Origin: Verrucomicrobiaceae bacterium
GTDB lineage: Bacteria > Verrucomicrobiota > Verrucomicrobiia > Verrucomicrobiales > Akkermansiaceae
Reading direction: 5' to 3'
NCBI GenBank assembly: GCA_051252135.1
Contig: JBPOGH010000006.1
Coordinates: 64,001-128,000 of the forward strand
DNA: 64,000 nucleotides
The translations under genes and the position numbers were made by a program. Under the pieces are notes generated by a model, which was not told the DNA's origin, did no database searches, and saw only the letters and a program-made list of their open reading frames with translations. How positions within the stretch are numbered: the first letter of the stretch is position 1; each line of letters begins with the position of its first letter. Below, piece after piece: positions 46,264 to 55,453 of this stretch.

Positions 46264-49044
46264 TTAGTTTTGAATCACCCGGATTCGGAGGAAGCAGTTA
46301 GGGACTGAGATAATGGGTAGAGAAGAATCGGCGGTGATGGTTTGGTATCCGTTGCCGTTGTCGGACGAGTTGGTAGCCCCGGTCCATGTGCCATTCGAAT
46401 TTGATAAAGCGATAGTGGTCCAAGTAGCCTTTGATAAATCACAATTTTCTTCAACCACGTAGGTTAGGCCAGCTGGGATAGGGGAGGGGATGTTAAAGGA
46501 AATTTGGGCGGCGGGCGCGGCGGCTGATGCGCTTGGTAAGGATGCTCCGGGAGAGCCGTTTAATCCATTCACCGGATCAATACCGAGAGCGTAAGACAAG
46601 AGGTTATCGATTCCGTCGTTATTTGGATCGCTATTAGGGAGGGCATTATTTCCGGACAGTCCAGAATTTTCAGTCCAAGCGGAGAATGAAAGTTGGGGAA
46701 GAGCTGAGGGGGCTATGGTCACCGGCAAGGTGGCGAAGAAGAAGTTGGGGACAATGGCATCGTTGGCAAGATCGGTTACGGTCAAGGTGGTTGTTCCAGC
46801 GACCAATGGTTTGAGGACTACTTCGCCATTGGTTACCGAAACAATGTTCGCTAGAGAGGGATCTGCAAGAGTCCACTGGTAATTTGAATCAACGAATCCC
46901 AACATGGTGTCGGCGTTGATAGTCATGCCCTCGGGATCAGTGAGGGTGATGGAACTCAGTCCTTCGGGAGTGAAGACTCCTCGGTTGACGAGAACTTGCG
47001 GGCTGACGTCGGAAAAGCCATCGCTGTTGAAATCGACCCGGAGGACGGAGTCTTGTCCGCGCCATGGATTGTCTTTCAAGGAGACGAGGAGGCTGTGGGT
47101 ATTGTTGCCTCGTTTTGGACTGACGTAGTTGAGCCAGTAGAAGCTGTTGGTGTCGTTTTTGATTTCGGTTTGGATGAGGTCGAAGACGTTGTCGAGCTCG
47201 GCAACGTCTTCGATTTCGTAGTTGCCGGCATTACCGATTTGGTTGAGCGAAGCTTGGTCGATTTCGCTGCCAAGTCCAATGGTGTAGATTTGTTTGTCGC
47301 CCCGGGCGGTTAGGACCTCGTTTAGAGTGTTGAGACCTGATTGATCGCTTCCGTCGGTGAGGAGCACCATGAATCCCCGAGTGACATTTCCGCTGGTGTA
47401 GCTGTCGCTCCAGCGGGAAAGGCCTTCGATGGCGGAACCGTAAAGGTTGGTTGTGGGTTGGCCAAAGCCGATGGAGTCGATGGCAGCTTCGAGGGCGGCG
47501 ACATCGGTCGTGAAATCTTGCAGAAGCAGCGGAGATCCCGAGAAGCTATAGATTGCAAAGGTTTGTCCGGGAATCGCTTTTGCGATGATTCCTTTGGCGG
47601 CAGTTTTGATTTGCGCGAGGTTGGGAGCGACACTGAAGCTGTTGTCGAGCATGAGAACGGTTTTGATCTCCGCGGAGGCTTCATCAATTTTGGCGACTTG
47701 CAGGAAGGATTCGGAGGGAGAGAGCGGTTGTCCATCCTCGAAGACTTCAAAAAAGTCGTCGCCCGTGACAATGTCGTGAGGGACGTTGAGCCCTCGGCCG
47801 GCTTGATCGGTGAGTCGGAAGGCGACCGTGACATAGCTGGGGAGTTCGACGAATGCTTCGATCGGATCCCTAAAATGGACTCCGGCGCTGGGTGGGATAT
47901 TAAATTGATACTGCGCGGTGAATGTTTGGTCCTGCGTAATGTTAGAGAGGGGAGTTCCCCAGTCGAGGACGCTCCAATGGGCATCAGGAGAGAGAATGGG
48001 AGCGGTGGCTGATTCTCCTTCGATGATGACTTGGGAGATCGATCCGCTATTGATGACGCCATGGTCGCCTCGTTTGAAGTCTACTTGATAGGCGTTCTTT
48101 TTGGTGATAGCGGCGCTGAGGAGGTTTCCCGATCCCAAGGAGGAGACTTGATTGAGGGACGAGGGTAGCGAGATTTGGCCATTGGAATCCGATCCCCAGC
48201 CGACGACGGTGCCATCTGATTTTAAGGCCAGGCTGTGATCAGTGCCCGCTGAGATTTCCACTACTCTGGTGAGGTCTGTTGGGACATCAGATTGACCGGA
48301 CCCATTGTCGCCCCAAGCGACGACTGTTCCGTCAGACTTGAGGGCCAGGGCGTGTCGGAAGCCTGCAGAGATTTGTACGACGTTATCCAGGTCGACAGGA
48401 GGTGGCTCTACCGCCTGACTATTATTTACAATCAAGCCAAGTCCCCATGCTACGACAGTGCCATCAGATTTTAGGGCGAGAGCAAAATCTCCGCCTCCCG
48501 AGATTGCGGTGACGCCGCTCAGCCCTGCAGGTGGTCTTCTCACTAGAAAATTTCCTTCAATAAGCTTAAGGACGGCGCTTGTTCCCCACGTTTCTACGGT
48601 GCCATCGTTTTTCAGGGCCATCCCAAAACTCAGTGATGAGGCTATGGCCCGGACATTGTTGAGCCCCGGGGGGACAGGGGTATCGGTGGGATAAGGATCT
48701 CCCCATTGAACGACGGTGCCGTCGGATTTCAGGGCCAAGCTGTGTCGCGAACTCGCTGCGACTGCAACTACGTCTTCCAAGTCGGGAGGGACGTCAGATT
48801 GCCCCGTAGCATTGTAGCCCCACGCAGCTACGGTGCCATCGTTCTTGATGGCTAAGAGATGTCCGGAACCGACAGCAAGTCCTTTCACATTGATCATTCC
48901 TTCTGGAATTTCCAGCTGCTGCTGGTTGTTGTGACCCCAGACTTCGATGGCGTCAACTTGCTCAACCGCTTGAAGGGGGGGGGTGATCAACAAGAAGGTC
49001 ACGCATGAAAGAATTCCTCGAAGGAGGGTGAGGTTTAAGATCAT
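46264..49044 (-). CDS. Secreted RCC1/BLIP-II repeat plus von Willebrand A domain protein
   Basis: About six HSLALKSDGTVVAWG repeats; vWA MIDAS LDNSFS and LLTDG; C-terminal DPNNDG domain. Confidence 0.85.
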   Translation of the reverse strand: MILNLTLLRGILSCVTFLLITPPLQAVEQVDAIEVWGHNNQQQLEIPEGMINVKGLAVGSGHLLAIKNDGTVAAWGYNATGQSDVPPDLEDVVAVAASSRHSLALKSDGTVVQWGDPYPTDTPVPPGLNNVRAIASSLSFGMALKNDGTVETWGTSAVLKLIEGNFLVRRPPAGLSGVTAISGGGDFALALKSDGTVVAWGLGLIVNNSQAVEPPPVDLDNVVQISAGFRHALALKSDGTVVAWGDNGSGQSDVPTDLTRVVEISAGTDHSLALKSDGTVVGWGSDSNGQISLPSSLNQVSSLGSGNLLSAAITKKNAYQVDFKRGDHGVINSGSISQVIIEGESATAPILSPDAHWSVLDWGTPLSNITQDQTFTAQYQFNIPPSAGVHFRDPIEAFVELPSYVTVAFRLTDQAGRGLNVPHDIVTGDDFFEVFEDGQPLSPSESFLQVAKIDEASAEIKTVLMLDNSFSVAPNLAQIKTAAKGIIAKAIPGQTFAIYSFSGSPLLLQDFTTDVAALEAAIDSIGFGQPTTNLYGSAIEGLSRWSDSYTSGNVTRGFMVLLTDGSDQSGLNTLNEVLTARGDKQIYTIGLGSEIDQASLNQIGNAGNYEIEDVAELDNVFDLIQTEIKNDTNSFYWLNYVSPKRGNNTHSLLVSLKDNPWRGQDSVLRVDFNSDGFSDVSPQVLVNRGVFTPEGLSSITLTDPEGMTINADTMLGFVDSNYQWTLADPSLANIVSVTNGEVVLKPLVAGTTTLTVTDLANDAIVPNFFFATLPVTIAPSALPQLSFSAWTENSGLSGNNALPNSDPNNDGIDNLLSYALGIDPVNGLNGSPGASLPSASAAAPAAQISFNIPSPIPAGLTYVVEENCDLSKATWTTIALSNSNGTWTGATNSSDNGNGYQTITADSSLPIISVPNCFLRIRVIQN

Positions 49045-49119
49045 GTTATCAGGATTGCAAAGGGGGCTGGGTGACTACAGAAAAAAACTTGGAATGATTT
49101 AGGGGGAGAATTGAAGGCG

Positions 49120-50079
49120 TTACTTGGCGATGGTGGAATTGGGGTGGAAGTCGAGCCAGGCTTTACGATAGGAGGGGATGGCGTGGAGGCGCTCGAGGAG
49201 TTGACCTTTTTTGGGGCCCGAGATGGCTTTGGCCTGCCAGGGATCCCAATGGGTTCCGTCTTTGCTGACGAGGTTTCCGTCTTTGAGGGTGGGCAGGAAT
49301 TCGATGAGATCGTCTCCGGATTTGCGTATGAAGATGAAGCCGGTGGCGCTGTCTTTTAGGAAGACGGTGACGATTTCTTCGGTGTCGACCTTGTCCTGAT
49401 AGACGGGCTTTTTGATTAAGACATCGAAGGGCCAGGCCCGGGTGGCTTTGAGGTGTTCGAGTCCGATGACGTGTTTTTGCGGATTGCGGTAGACGTCTGC
49501 GTTGTAGGCTTTGGCGGAGCGCTTCAGGGAGAGGACGGTGGTTTCGGGATGGGACTTTTTCCAATCCTGCCATGACGTGATGACGGCGGGGATGGGAGTG
49601 AGGGAGGATCCTTTAAGCGGGCCGTCCATGCACTCGCCGAGGAGGTGGGCCCAGAGGGAGCCGGTTTGGAGGTCGCGCATGACGAGGCTTCGTTGCCAGA
49701 GTTTGCCCGAGACCTGGAAGGTGAGAGGCTTCTGGTGGTTTTTGATTTCGGCGGCATACACGATGCCGTTGAAGCAGAGGTGTCACCAGGTGGCGGCGAT
49801 CCTTTTTCCGCCGAGGGTGTCGTTGATGATTTCGCGTCTCGGTCCGTTGAGCATGTTGATGGGGTAGGCGCGGGATCTTCCGTTGATGGAAACGCCAAGG
49901 ACGAGTTCCTCGTTGTTGATTTTTCCTTCCATCTCTTCCCTTGATTTGATGGGGGCGTCGACGATGGCCGGGAGGGGCTTGAGGAGGGTTTTGGGCTGGA
50001 ATTTGAGGGGTGTTTCGTCGGCTCGGGCGAAGGAGAGCTGGAGGGAGGTGATGGTGAGGAGGATGGACAGGGCTTTCAT
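49120..50079 (-). CDS. Exported DUF3179-family selenoprotein (in-frame UGA 49783-49785, UxxC motif)
   Basis: The two track ORFs 49783..50079 and 49120..49761 are in the same frame. The join reads IINDTLGGKRIAATW-TGA-HLCFNGIVY, matching the family's TYCPLC motif. Also SGKL..RSLVMRDLQTGSLW and a signal peptide; 319 aa in total. Confidence 0.88.
49752..49768 (-). promoter_or_regulatory. Bacterial SECIS-like hairpin
   Basis: Minus strand CGGCAT-CGTGT-ATGCCG, a perfect 6-bp stem starting 14 nt after the UGA. Confidence 0.7.
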
Positions 50080-50107
50080 GGAGAGTGAAGGGAGTGTGTC
50101 GAGCCGG

Positions 50108-50554
50108 CTATGGTTTTCTTAAGCGGGCGACATCTGCAATGTCTTGGGGGCGTCCTGTTGCTACTTTGTTAGTGATTAAAGTATCCTTTCCGATGAGTGG
50201 GATTTTCAGGCCGTCGAAATCGATTGTGGTGCGTGAGTTCCACGCTTCCTTCCAGGTGACGCCGCTGATTCCGGTGAGGAGGTCAATACGATTTGGGGCG
50301 CGACCGAGTTGGATCACTTGGTCGACTTCTAGGAAATCATCGCGTGAGATCCCGGCTCCACTGAAGCCGAAGTCATTGAGGACTTGATCAAGCTTGTCTG
50401 CGTTTTCCGGGGATACGAGAACCATGAGATCGATATCTTCGGTAAAGCGCGGAGCGCCGTGGAAGGCGAGTGCGTAGCCACCGACGAGAAGGAACTCAAC
50501 TTTCCGCGAGAGGCACAATGCGATAAACTCGCGAATGTCGGGGTGAAGAGTCAT
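50108..50554 (-). CDS. Nucleotidyltransferase-fold protein (putative TA component)
   Basis: LLVGGYALAFHGAPRFTEDID, RIDLL, LITNKVATGRPQDIAD; start at MTLHPD. Confidence 0.85.
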   Translation of the reverse strand: MTLHPDIREFIALCLSRKVEFLLVGGYALAFHGAPRFTEDIDLMVLVSPENADKLDQVLNDFGFSGAGISRDDFLEVDQVIQLGRAPNRIDLLTGISGVTWKEAWNSRTTIDFDGLKIPLIGKDTLITNKVATGRPQDIADVARLRKP

Positions 50555-50684
50555 CGGTTTCAGGGTAGAAAAGGCGGCCGCGCTTGAGTATTTCGGCGAA
50601 AATTTTGAGAGATTCCCGTGGGTCATCGTAAAGAGGCGGGATGCCTTCTTCGCTCAGGGATTTCTTTGTAATGATCTTTTCCAC
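50496..50684 (-). CDS. Small protein upstream of and overlapping the nucleotidyltransferase (putative partner)
   Basis: 62 aa, GTG start, ends ...SPRHSRVYRIVPL; overlaps the NTase start by 59 bp. Confidence 0.6.
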   Translation of the reverse strand: MEKIITKKSLSEEGIPPLYDDPRESLKIFAEILKRGRLFYPETDDSSPRHSRVYRIVPLAES

Positions 50685-51017
50685 TGGCGGAAGGTAGCAG
50701 AAATTAGTTCTGCTGTCGAAGATTCAAAGGGTGATTAAAACACGGATGGGATGGGGCTTGTTTAACTCAGCTGGAGAATCCCAAAGAGGCGGCTGAAGCC
50801 TTGGTGAGTTAGGAAAAGTTGAAGGTGATTTTTCGGACTCCCTGATCTGCCAGTCCGGGAAGAGCAAGGGCTGTGAAAGGATATGGACTTTTGACAATCT
50901 GCTTAGGGAGAAAGAGCAGTTTGAGCAGATGTATTCCTTCGCTGTTGTGTTGCACGGAGAAAGGGAGGGATGTTGCTACGGTTGGAATTCCAGATGTGAT
51001 CTTGTTCAGTCAGGTAT

Positions 51018-51103
51018 GGAAAGGAGTTACGGCGCCCTCGCAGTGGTCTAGCAGGCGGTTGAGGAGCGTGGTTGATAAAACGGCGGGGCGCCGTTGCTCC
51101 TTT
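51018..51103. repeat. REP doublet (REPIN-like), downstream of RAYT
   Basis: GGAAAGGAGTTACGGCGCCCTCGCAGT ... AACGGCGGGGCGCCGTTGCTCCTTT inverted arms; overlaps the RAYT stop codon. Confidence 0.8.
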
Positions 51104-51701
51104 AGCCCGGCCAGAGGAGGAAGTCGTCTGGTGAGAGCTTGGCCTTCACGGGGTTTGCGGGGATGTAGTTTCGCACTTTGTGGTAGTGAGCTTCGCTTCG
51201 CAGAAGTCGGTCCCAATAGTTTTTCTGCCACACTTTACCACTGCGATTGAGATGCTTATTGATCCGATGGGCACTCACGCTTTTGAAGGTTTGCATGAGT
51301 TTTTCGAGGGGGGGGTCTTGAAGCCGGACGAAGAGGTGGACGTGGTTTGGCATGATGACGAAGCTATCGAGGTGATAGAGTTTGTCGTGATCGTGGTGCA
51401 GGGTTTCAGTGACGATATTTGCGATGCCCGGATGACGCAGGAGGCATGAGCCGAGCCCTTGGTCGAGCCAGCGTTCCATTTTACCGGAGAAGGTTTTGTG
51501 GAAGAGAGCTTCGGTTTTTTTGTCCCAAGGTTTGGGGTGGTGCTGGTGCCAGATTTCTTGGCGCTTTTTCCAGCCCTTGAGGAGGGCTTGAGGGATGGAG
51601 TCGAAGAGACGCCAGGTGATGAAGATCCACGAGTCGTCTTGCTGCCAATGGGGAGGTTTTCCGCCGTGTTTTTGGACTTCCTTATCGGGGTCGTAGAGCA
51701 T
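51102..51701 (-). mobile_element. REP-associated tyrosine transposase (RAYT; IS200/Y1 HUH family)
   Basis: PHW..FITWRL.DS, IMPNHVH (HUH), FKSVSA, WQKNYWDRLLR, YI.ANPVKA; flanked by REP doublets. Confidence 0.9.
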
Positions 51702-51704
51702 GGT

Positions 51705-51791
51705 GGAAAGGAGTCAGGGTGCCTCGCCGTGGGCTAGCTGGGGGTTGTGGGGCTTGGTTGATAAAACTGCGAGGCGCCGTTGCTCCTTTCC
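51705..51791. repeat. REP doublet (REPIN-like), upstream of RAYT
   Basis: GGAAAGGAGTCAGGGTGCCTCGCCGT ... ACTGCGAGGCGCCGTTGCTCCTTTCC; a diverged direct copy of 51018-51103, including the GGTTGATAAAAC spacer. Confidence 0.8.
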
Positions 51792-51853
51792 TTACAACCC
51801 TTAAGAGAAATTGTAATGTCAAACTGGGGTGCTGACCTGATATTGTCTTTGGC

Positions 51854-52687
51854 ATGAACGAAAGTGTAGACTCTAAGAATGAAGTAAGCGCGGATGGCGT
51901 CAGCGAGAATGCTGCTGTTGAAAATGAGGCCCAAGATTCTGGTGCAGAAAATGAATCTCCGATTCAGGTCATTAATCAGATTTCGCCTGTAATCGAAGTC
52001 CATCCTGAGAAGAAGGGCTTGAAAGAGTGTTGTCTGATTTGTTTTGGGCCTGCGCTTGTTGCTGGTTTTTTTGCGTGGTTCATTGGTTCGCAAAACGAGA
52101 AATTTTCTAAGGAACAAGCAGAGAGGCAAGCTGAGTTTTCTGAGGAGCAAGCTGGTAGGCAAGCCAAGTCAGATCAGGCGATGGTGGAGCTTCAGGCTGG
52201 GTTCGAAAGAAGTCATCTGAAAGAAGTGCAAGTCTTTGAGTTATCGAAGCGCTTAAGGCGAGAAGCCTATGAGAAATTAATGCACGCAAGAGAGGTGATC
52301 GGGAGGCCTCAGTTAAAAGAGGAGGAGCTTACCGAAGCTGCCCTGAATTGGCTGCGGCATGAGCGAGCTTTTGCGATAGATTTTTTGAAGAATAATGAAG
52401 CCTTCCTTAAAGATGATCCGGAAGCTCAACAGAAATTTGAAGAAGCTCTTACTGAAGGTAGTCCAGAGGTATTAGCCGTTTTACGGTACTATCAAGGGCG
52501 AAGATACGGAGCTAAATATGGAGATGATGACTACTTTGCCGATAATTATACTTACGACTATGGCGAGTACGCCGATGATGACTACTTTGCTGATAATTAC
52601 ACTTACGACTATAGTGACGATGCAAAGGAGGATCAGGAAACTCTGGATCAAAAAGAACTTCCGCAGAACAAATCTGAAAATGATTAG
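51854..52687 (+). CDS. Hypothetical single-pass membrane protein with acidic Tyr-rich duplicated tail
   Basis: 277 aa; one hydrophobic segment, a coiled-coil-like region and DDDYFADNYTYDY x2; visibly AT-richer codons than neighbours. Confidence 0.65.
   Translation: MNESVDSKNEVSADGVSENAAVENEAQDSGAENESPIQVINQISPVIEVHPEKKGLKECCLICFGPALVAGFFAWFIGSQNEKFSKEQAERQAEFSEEQAGRQAKSDQAMVELQAGFERSHLKEVQVFELSKRLRREAYEKLMHAREVIGRPQLKEEELTEAALNWLRHERAFAIDFLKNNEAFLKDDPEAQQKFEEALTEGSPEVLAVLRYYQGRRYGAKYGDDDYFADNYTYDYGEYADDDYFADNYTYDYSDDAKEDQETLDQKELPQNKSEND
52523..52612 (+). repeat. In-frame tandem duplication, 51-bp period
   Basis: GATGATGACTACTTTGCYGATAATTAYACTTACGACTAT at 52523 and 52574; the two differences are synonymous. 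Confidence 0.9.
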
Positions 52688-52690
52688 CGT

Positions 52691-55429
52691 CTAACAAGGT
52701 GTAATACGGACCGGGCAGACTTTGAGTTCGGCGGTTTGGGTGACGGGGTCGTAGCCGGATCCGGTGAGGATGTTGACGTTGGTGTCGGCGAAGGAGAAGG
52801 AGGTGAAGACGGTGCCGCGGGGGGAGCGGGTGGTGGCTTCTACCTTGAGTTCGATCTCGCCGCGGCGGGAGGCCATTTTGACGAATTTGCCGTCGGTGAG
52901 GCCCCAGTCTTTTACGTCGTCGGGGTGGACTTCGAGGGTTTCCTCGGAGAGGAGGTAGTCGATGCCGCTGGCGCGGCCGGTTTGGGTCCGGGTGTGGTAG
53001 GCCTGGAGGCGGCGGCCGGTGGTGAGCCAGACGGGGTAGTCGTCATCGATGACTTCGGCGGGGTCGCGGTAGCCGATGATTTTGAAGAGGCCGGGTTTGC
53101 CGTCTTTGAACTCATCCTTGTGAAGGATGGGGGTGCCGGGGTGGCCTTCTTCGGGGACGGGCCATTGGTAGACGCCATCGCCGATGTTATCCCAGTTGAG
53201 GCCTTTGTAGATGGGGCTCAAGCTGCATAGTTCGTTGAAGACGTCTTTGGCGGATTCGTATTTGAAGCCGGGGGTGCCGAGGCGCTTTGAGATTTCGGAG
53301 ATGATCCACCAGTCGGGCTTGGAGTCGCCGTAGGAGGGGACGGCGGCGCGGAGGCGCTGGACGCGGCGCTCGGTGTTGGCCTGGACGCCATCGGTCTCGC
53401 CCCAAGCCGAAGCGGGGAGGACGATGTCGGCCATTTGCGCGGTTTCGGTGAGGAAAATGTCGATGACGACGAGGTGGTCGAGGGCCTTGAGGGCTTTTTC
53501 GCAGTGGTTTTTATCGGGGTCGGTGACGACGGTGTTTTCGCCATCGATGAGCATGGCGTGGATGCCATTTTCCTCTGCTCCGCAGAGGTTGAGGGCGGTG
53601 ACCTTGGTCATCTGGTTTCCGAGGTCCATTTCCGGTTGTTGGTAGAACTCAGAGAACTTTTTGTGGAACTCTTCCGAGGTGACGGGCTGGAAGCCGGGGT
53701 AGTTATTCGGGACGGCTCCGCAGTCGCCCGCGCCCTGGATATTGTTCTGCCCGCGCATCGGGTTGATGCCGGTGCCTTCCTTGCCGAGGTTTCCGGTGAG
53801 GAGGGCGAGGTTGCAGAGGGACTGGACGTTGTCGACGCCGCAGATGTGCTCGGTGATGCCGAGGGTGTAGTAGATGGCTCCGAGCTTGGCCGCGCCATAC
53901 CATTTGGCGGCTTGCTCGATGTCATCGGCCGGGACCTCGCAGATTTCGGAAGCCCAGGCGGGGGTGAATTCCTTGAGGTGTTGTTCGAATTCCGGGAAGT
54001 CGGCGCAGCGGTCGGCGATGAATTCTTTGTCGGTGAGTCCTTCGCGCACGATGACGTGGGCCATGGCGAGGAGGAGGGCGACATCGGATCCGACGCGGAT
54101 GGGGAGGTGGAGGTGGGCGAGCTCGGCGAGGCGGGTTTTACGCGGGTCGGCGACGATGAGTTTGGCGCCTTTGGTGAGTGCTTTTTTGAGGCCGGTGGCG
54201 GCGACAGGGTGGCACTCGGTCATGTTGGTGCCGATGGCGAAGATGGTGTCGGGTTTGTCCATGTCCTTGAGAGGATTGGACATTGCGCCTCTTCCGATTT
54301 GAGCGGCCAGACCGGCCACGGTGGGAGCGTGTCAAGCACGACTACAGTTGTCTATGTGATGGGTCCCGAAGCCGGCCCGGATAAACTTCTGCATGGTGTA
54401 GGCGGCTTCATGCGGGGCGCGGCCTGAGGCGATGCCGTAGATGGAGTGGCGGCCGTATTTCGCGCGGGCGTCGGCGAAGCCTTTGGCGGCGGCGGTGAGG
54501 GCGGTGTTCCAGTCGACCTCTTTAAAGGTGCCATCGGGCTGCTTCATGAGCGGCTTCTGGAGTCGGTCCTCGTGCTGGATGAAATCGTAGGTGAACTGGC
54601 CTTTGATGCAGAGGGCGCCCTTGTTGGCGGGGCCGTCCATGGCGGGTTGTGCGCCGACGATCTTGTCGCCTTTTGTCATCAGGTCGATGGAGCAACCGAC
54701 GGCGCAGTAGGGGCAGACGGTGCGGGTTTTTTTGATGGGTTCGACGAGGTCCTCGGCGCGGAGGGCTTTTTTGTCGGCGAGTGCTCCGGTGGGGCAGGTC
54801 TGGACGCATTGGCCGCAGAAGGTGCAATCGGAGTCACGGAGGTCGTTATTGAACTCGGTCGTGATTTGGGTGTCGAAGCCGCGGTTGGCGACGGTGATGG
54901 CGTAGTCGCCCTCCTGCTCGGCGCAGACACGGACGCAGCGGTAGCAAGAGATGCAGAGTTCGTAGTCGCGCAGGATGAAGGGGTTGGCGTCCTGGAGATT
55001 GGTGGTGCCGGATTTTTTGCCGACGAAGCGGCCGTTGCGGGCGCCGTATTTGTTGACGAGAGTGGAGAGTTCCTGGGAGGCGAGGCCGCGGAGGGGGTCG
55101 ACATCGACCTGGCGGTTCTCGGAGGCGACCATTTCGAGGAGCGTTTTGCGCATCTTCTCGATGTGGGGCGGGGAGGTTTTGACGACCATGCCGTCGTTAG
55201 CCTGTGTGGTGCAGGAGGCGACGGGATTGCGGATACCCTCGACTTCCACGACGCAGAGACGGCAGCCGCCGAAGGCATCGAGGCGGTCATCGTAGCAGAG
55301 GGTGGGGATGTCTTTTTGGAGACGTTTTGAGATTTGGTAGATCGTCTCGCCTTCGTTGAAGGTGGTTTGCTGTCCATCGATGGTGATGGAGAGCTGCGCG
55401 GCGACGGTGGAATTGGGATCGTTGATCAT
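52691..55429 (-). CDS. fdhF: Selenocysteine-containing formate dehydrogenase alpha subunit (NAD-linked type, NuoG-like Fe-S N-terminus)
   Basis: Track ORFs 54332..55429 and 52691..54319 are in frame. The join reads IDNCSRA-TGA-HAPTVAGLA, the FDH active-site U/C-H motif. Also CPYCAVGC, RGQNNIQG and 2Fe-2S plus 2x4Fe-4S motifs; 912 aa. Confidence 0.95.
54303..54319 (-). promoter_or_regulatory. Bacterial SECIS element of fdhF
   Basis: Minus strand GTGGCC-GGTCT-GGCCGC starting 12 nt after UGA. U at +17 and GU at +23/+24 (UGA = +1..+3), as in the E. coli fdhF SECIS. Confidence 0.85.
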
Positions 55430-55453
55430 GGAAAGGGTATGGGAGCGGAGATA

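Noticed and set aside
50720..51017. Gene remnant between the NTase pair and the RAYT
   Set aside because: The open stretches have no recognisable motifs or good start; cannot be called.
52691..55429. fdhF as a pseudogene or two separate genes
   Set aside because: The single TGA is in frame at the catalytic Sec/Cys position and is followed by a SECIS; the same logic applies to 49120-50079.
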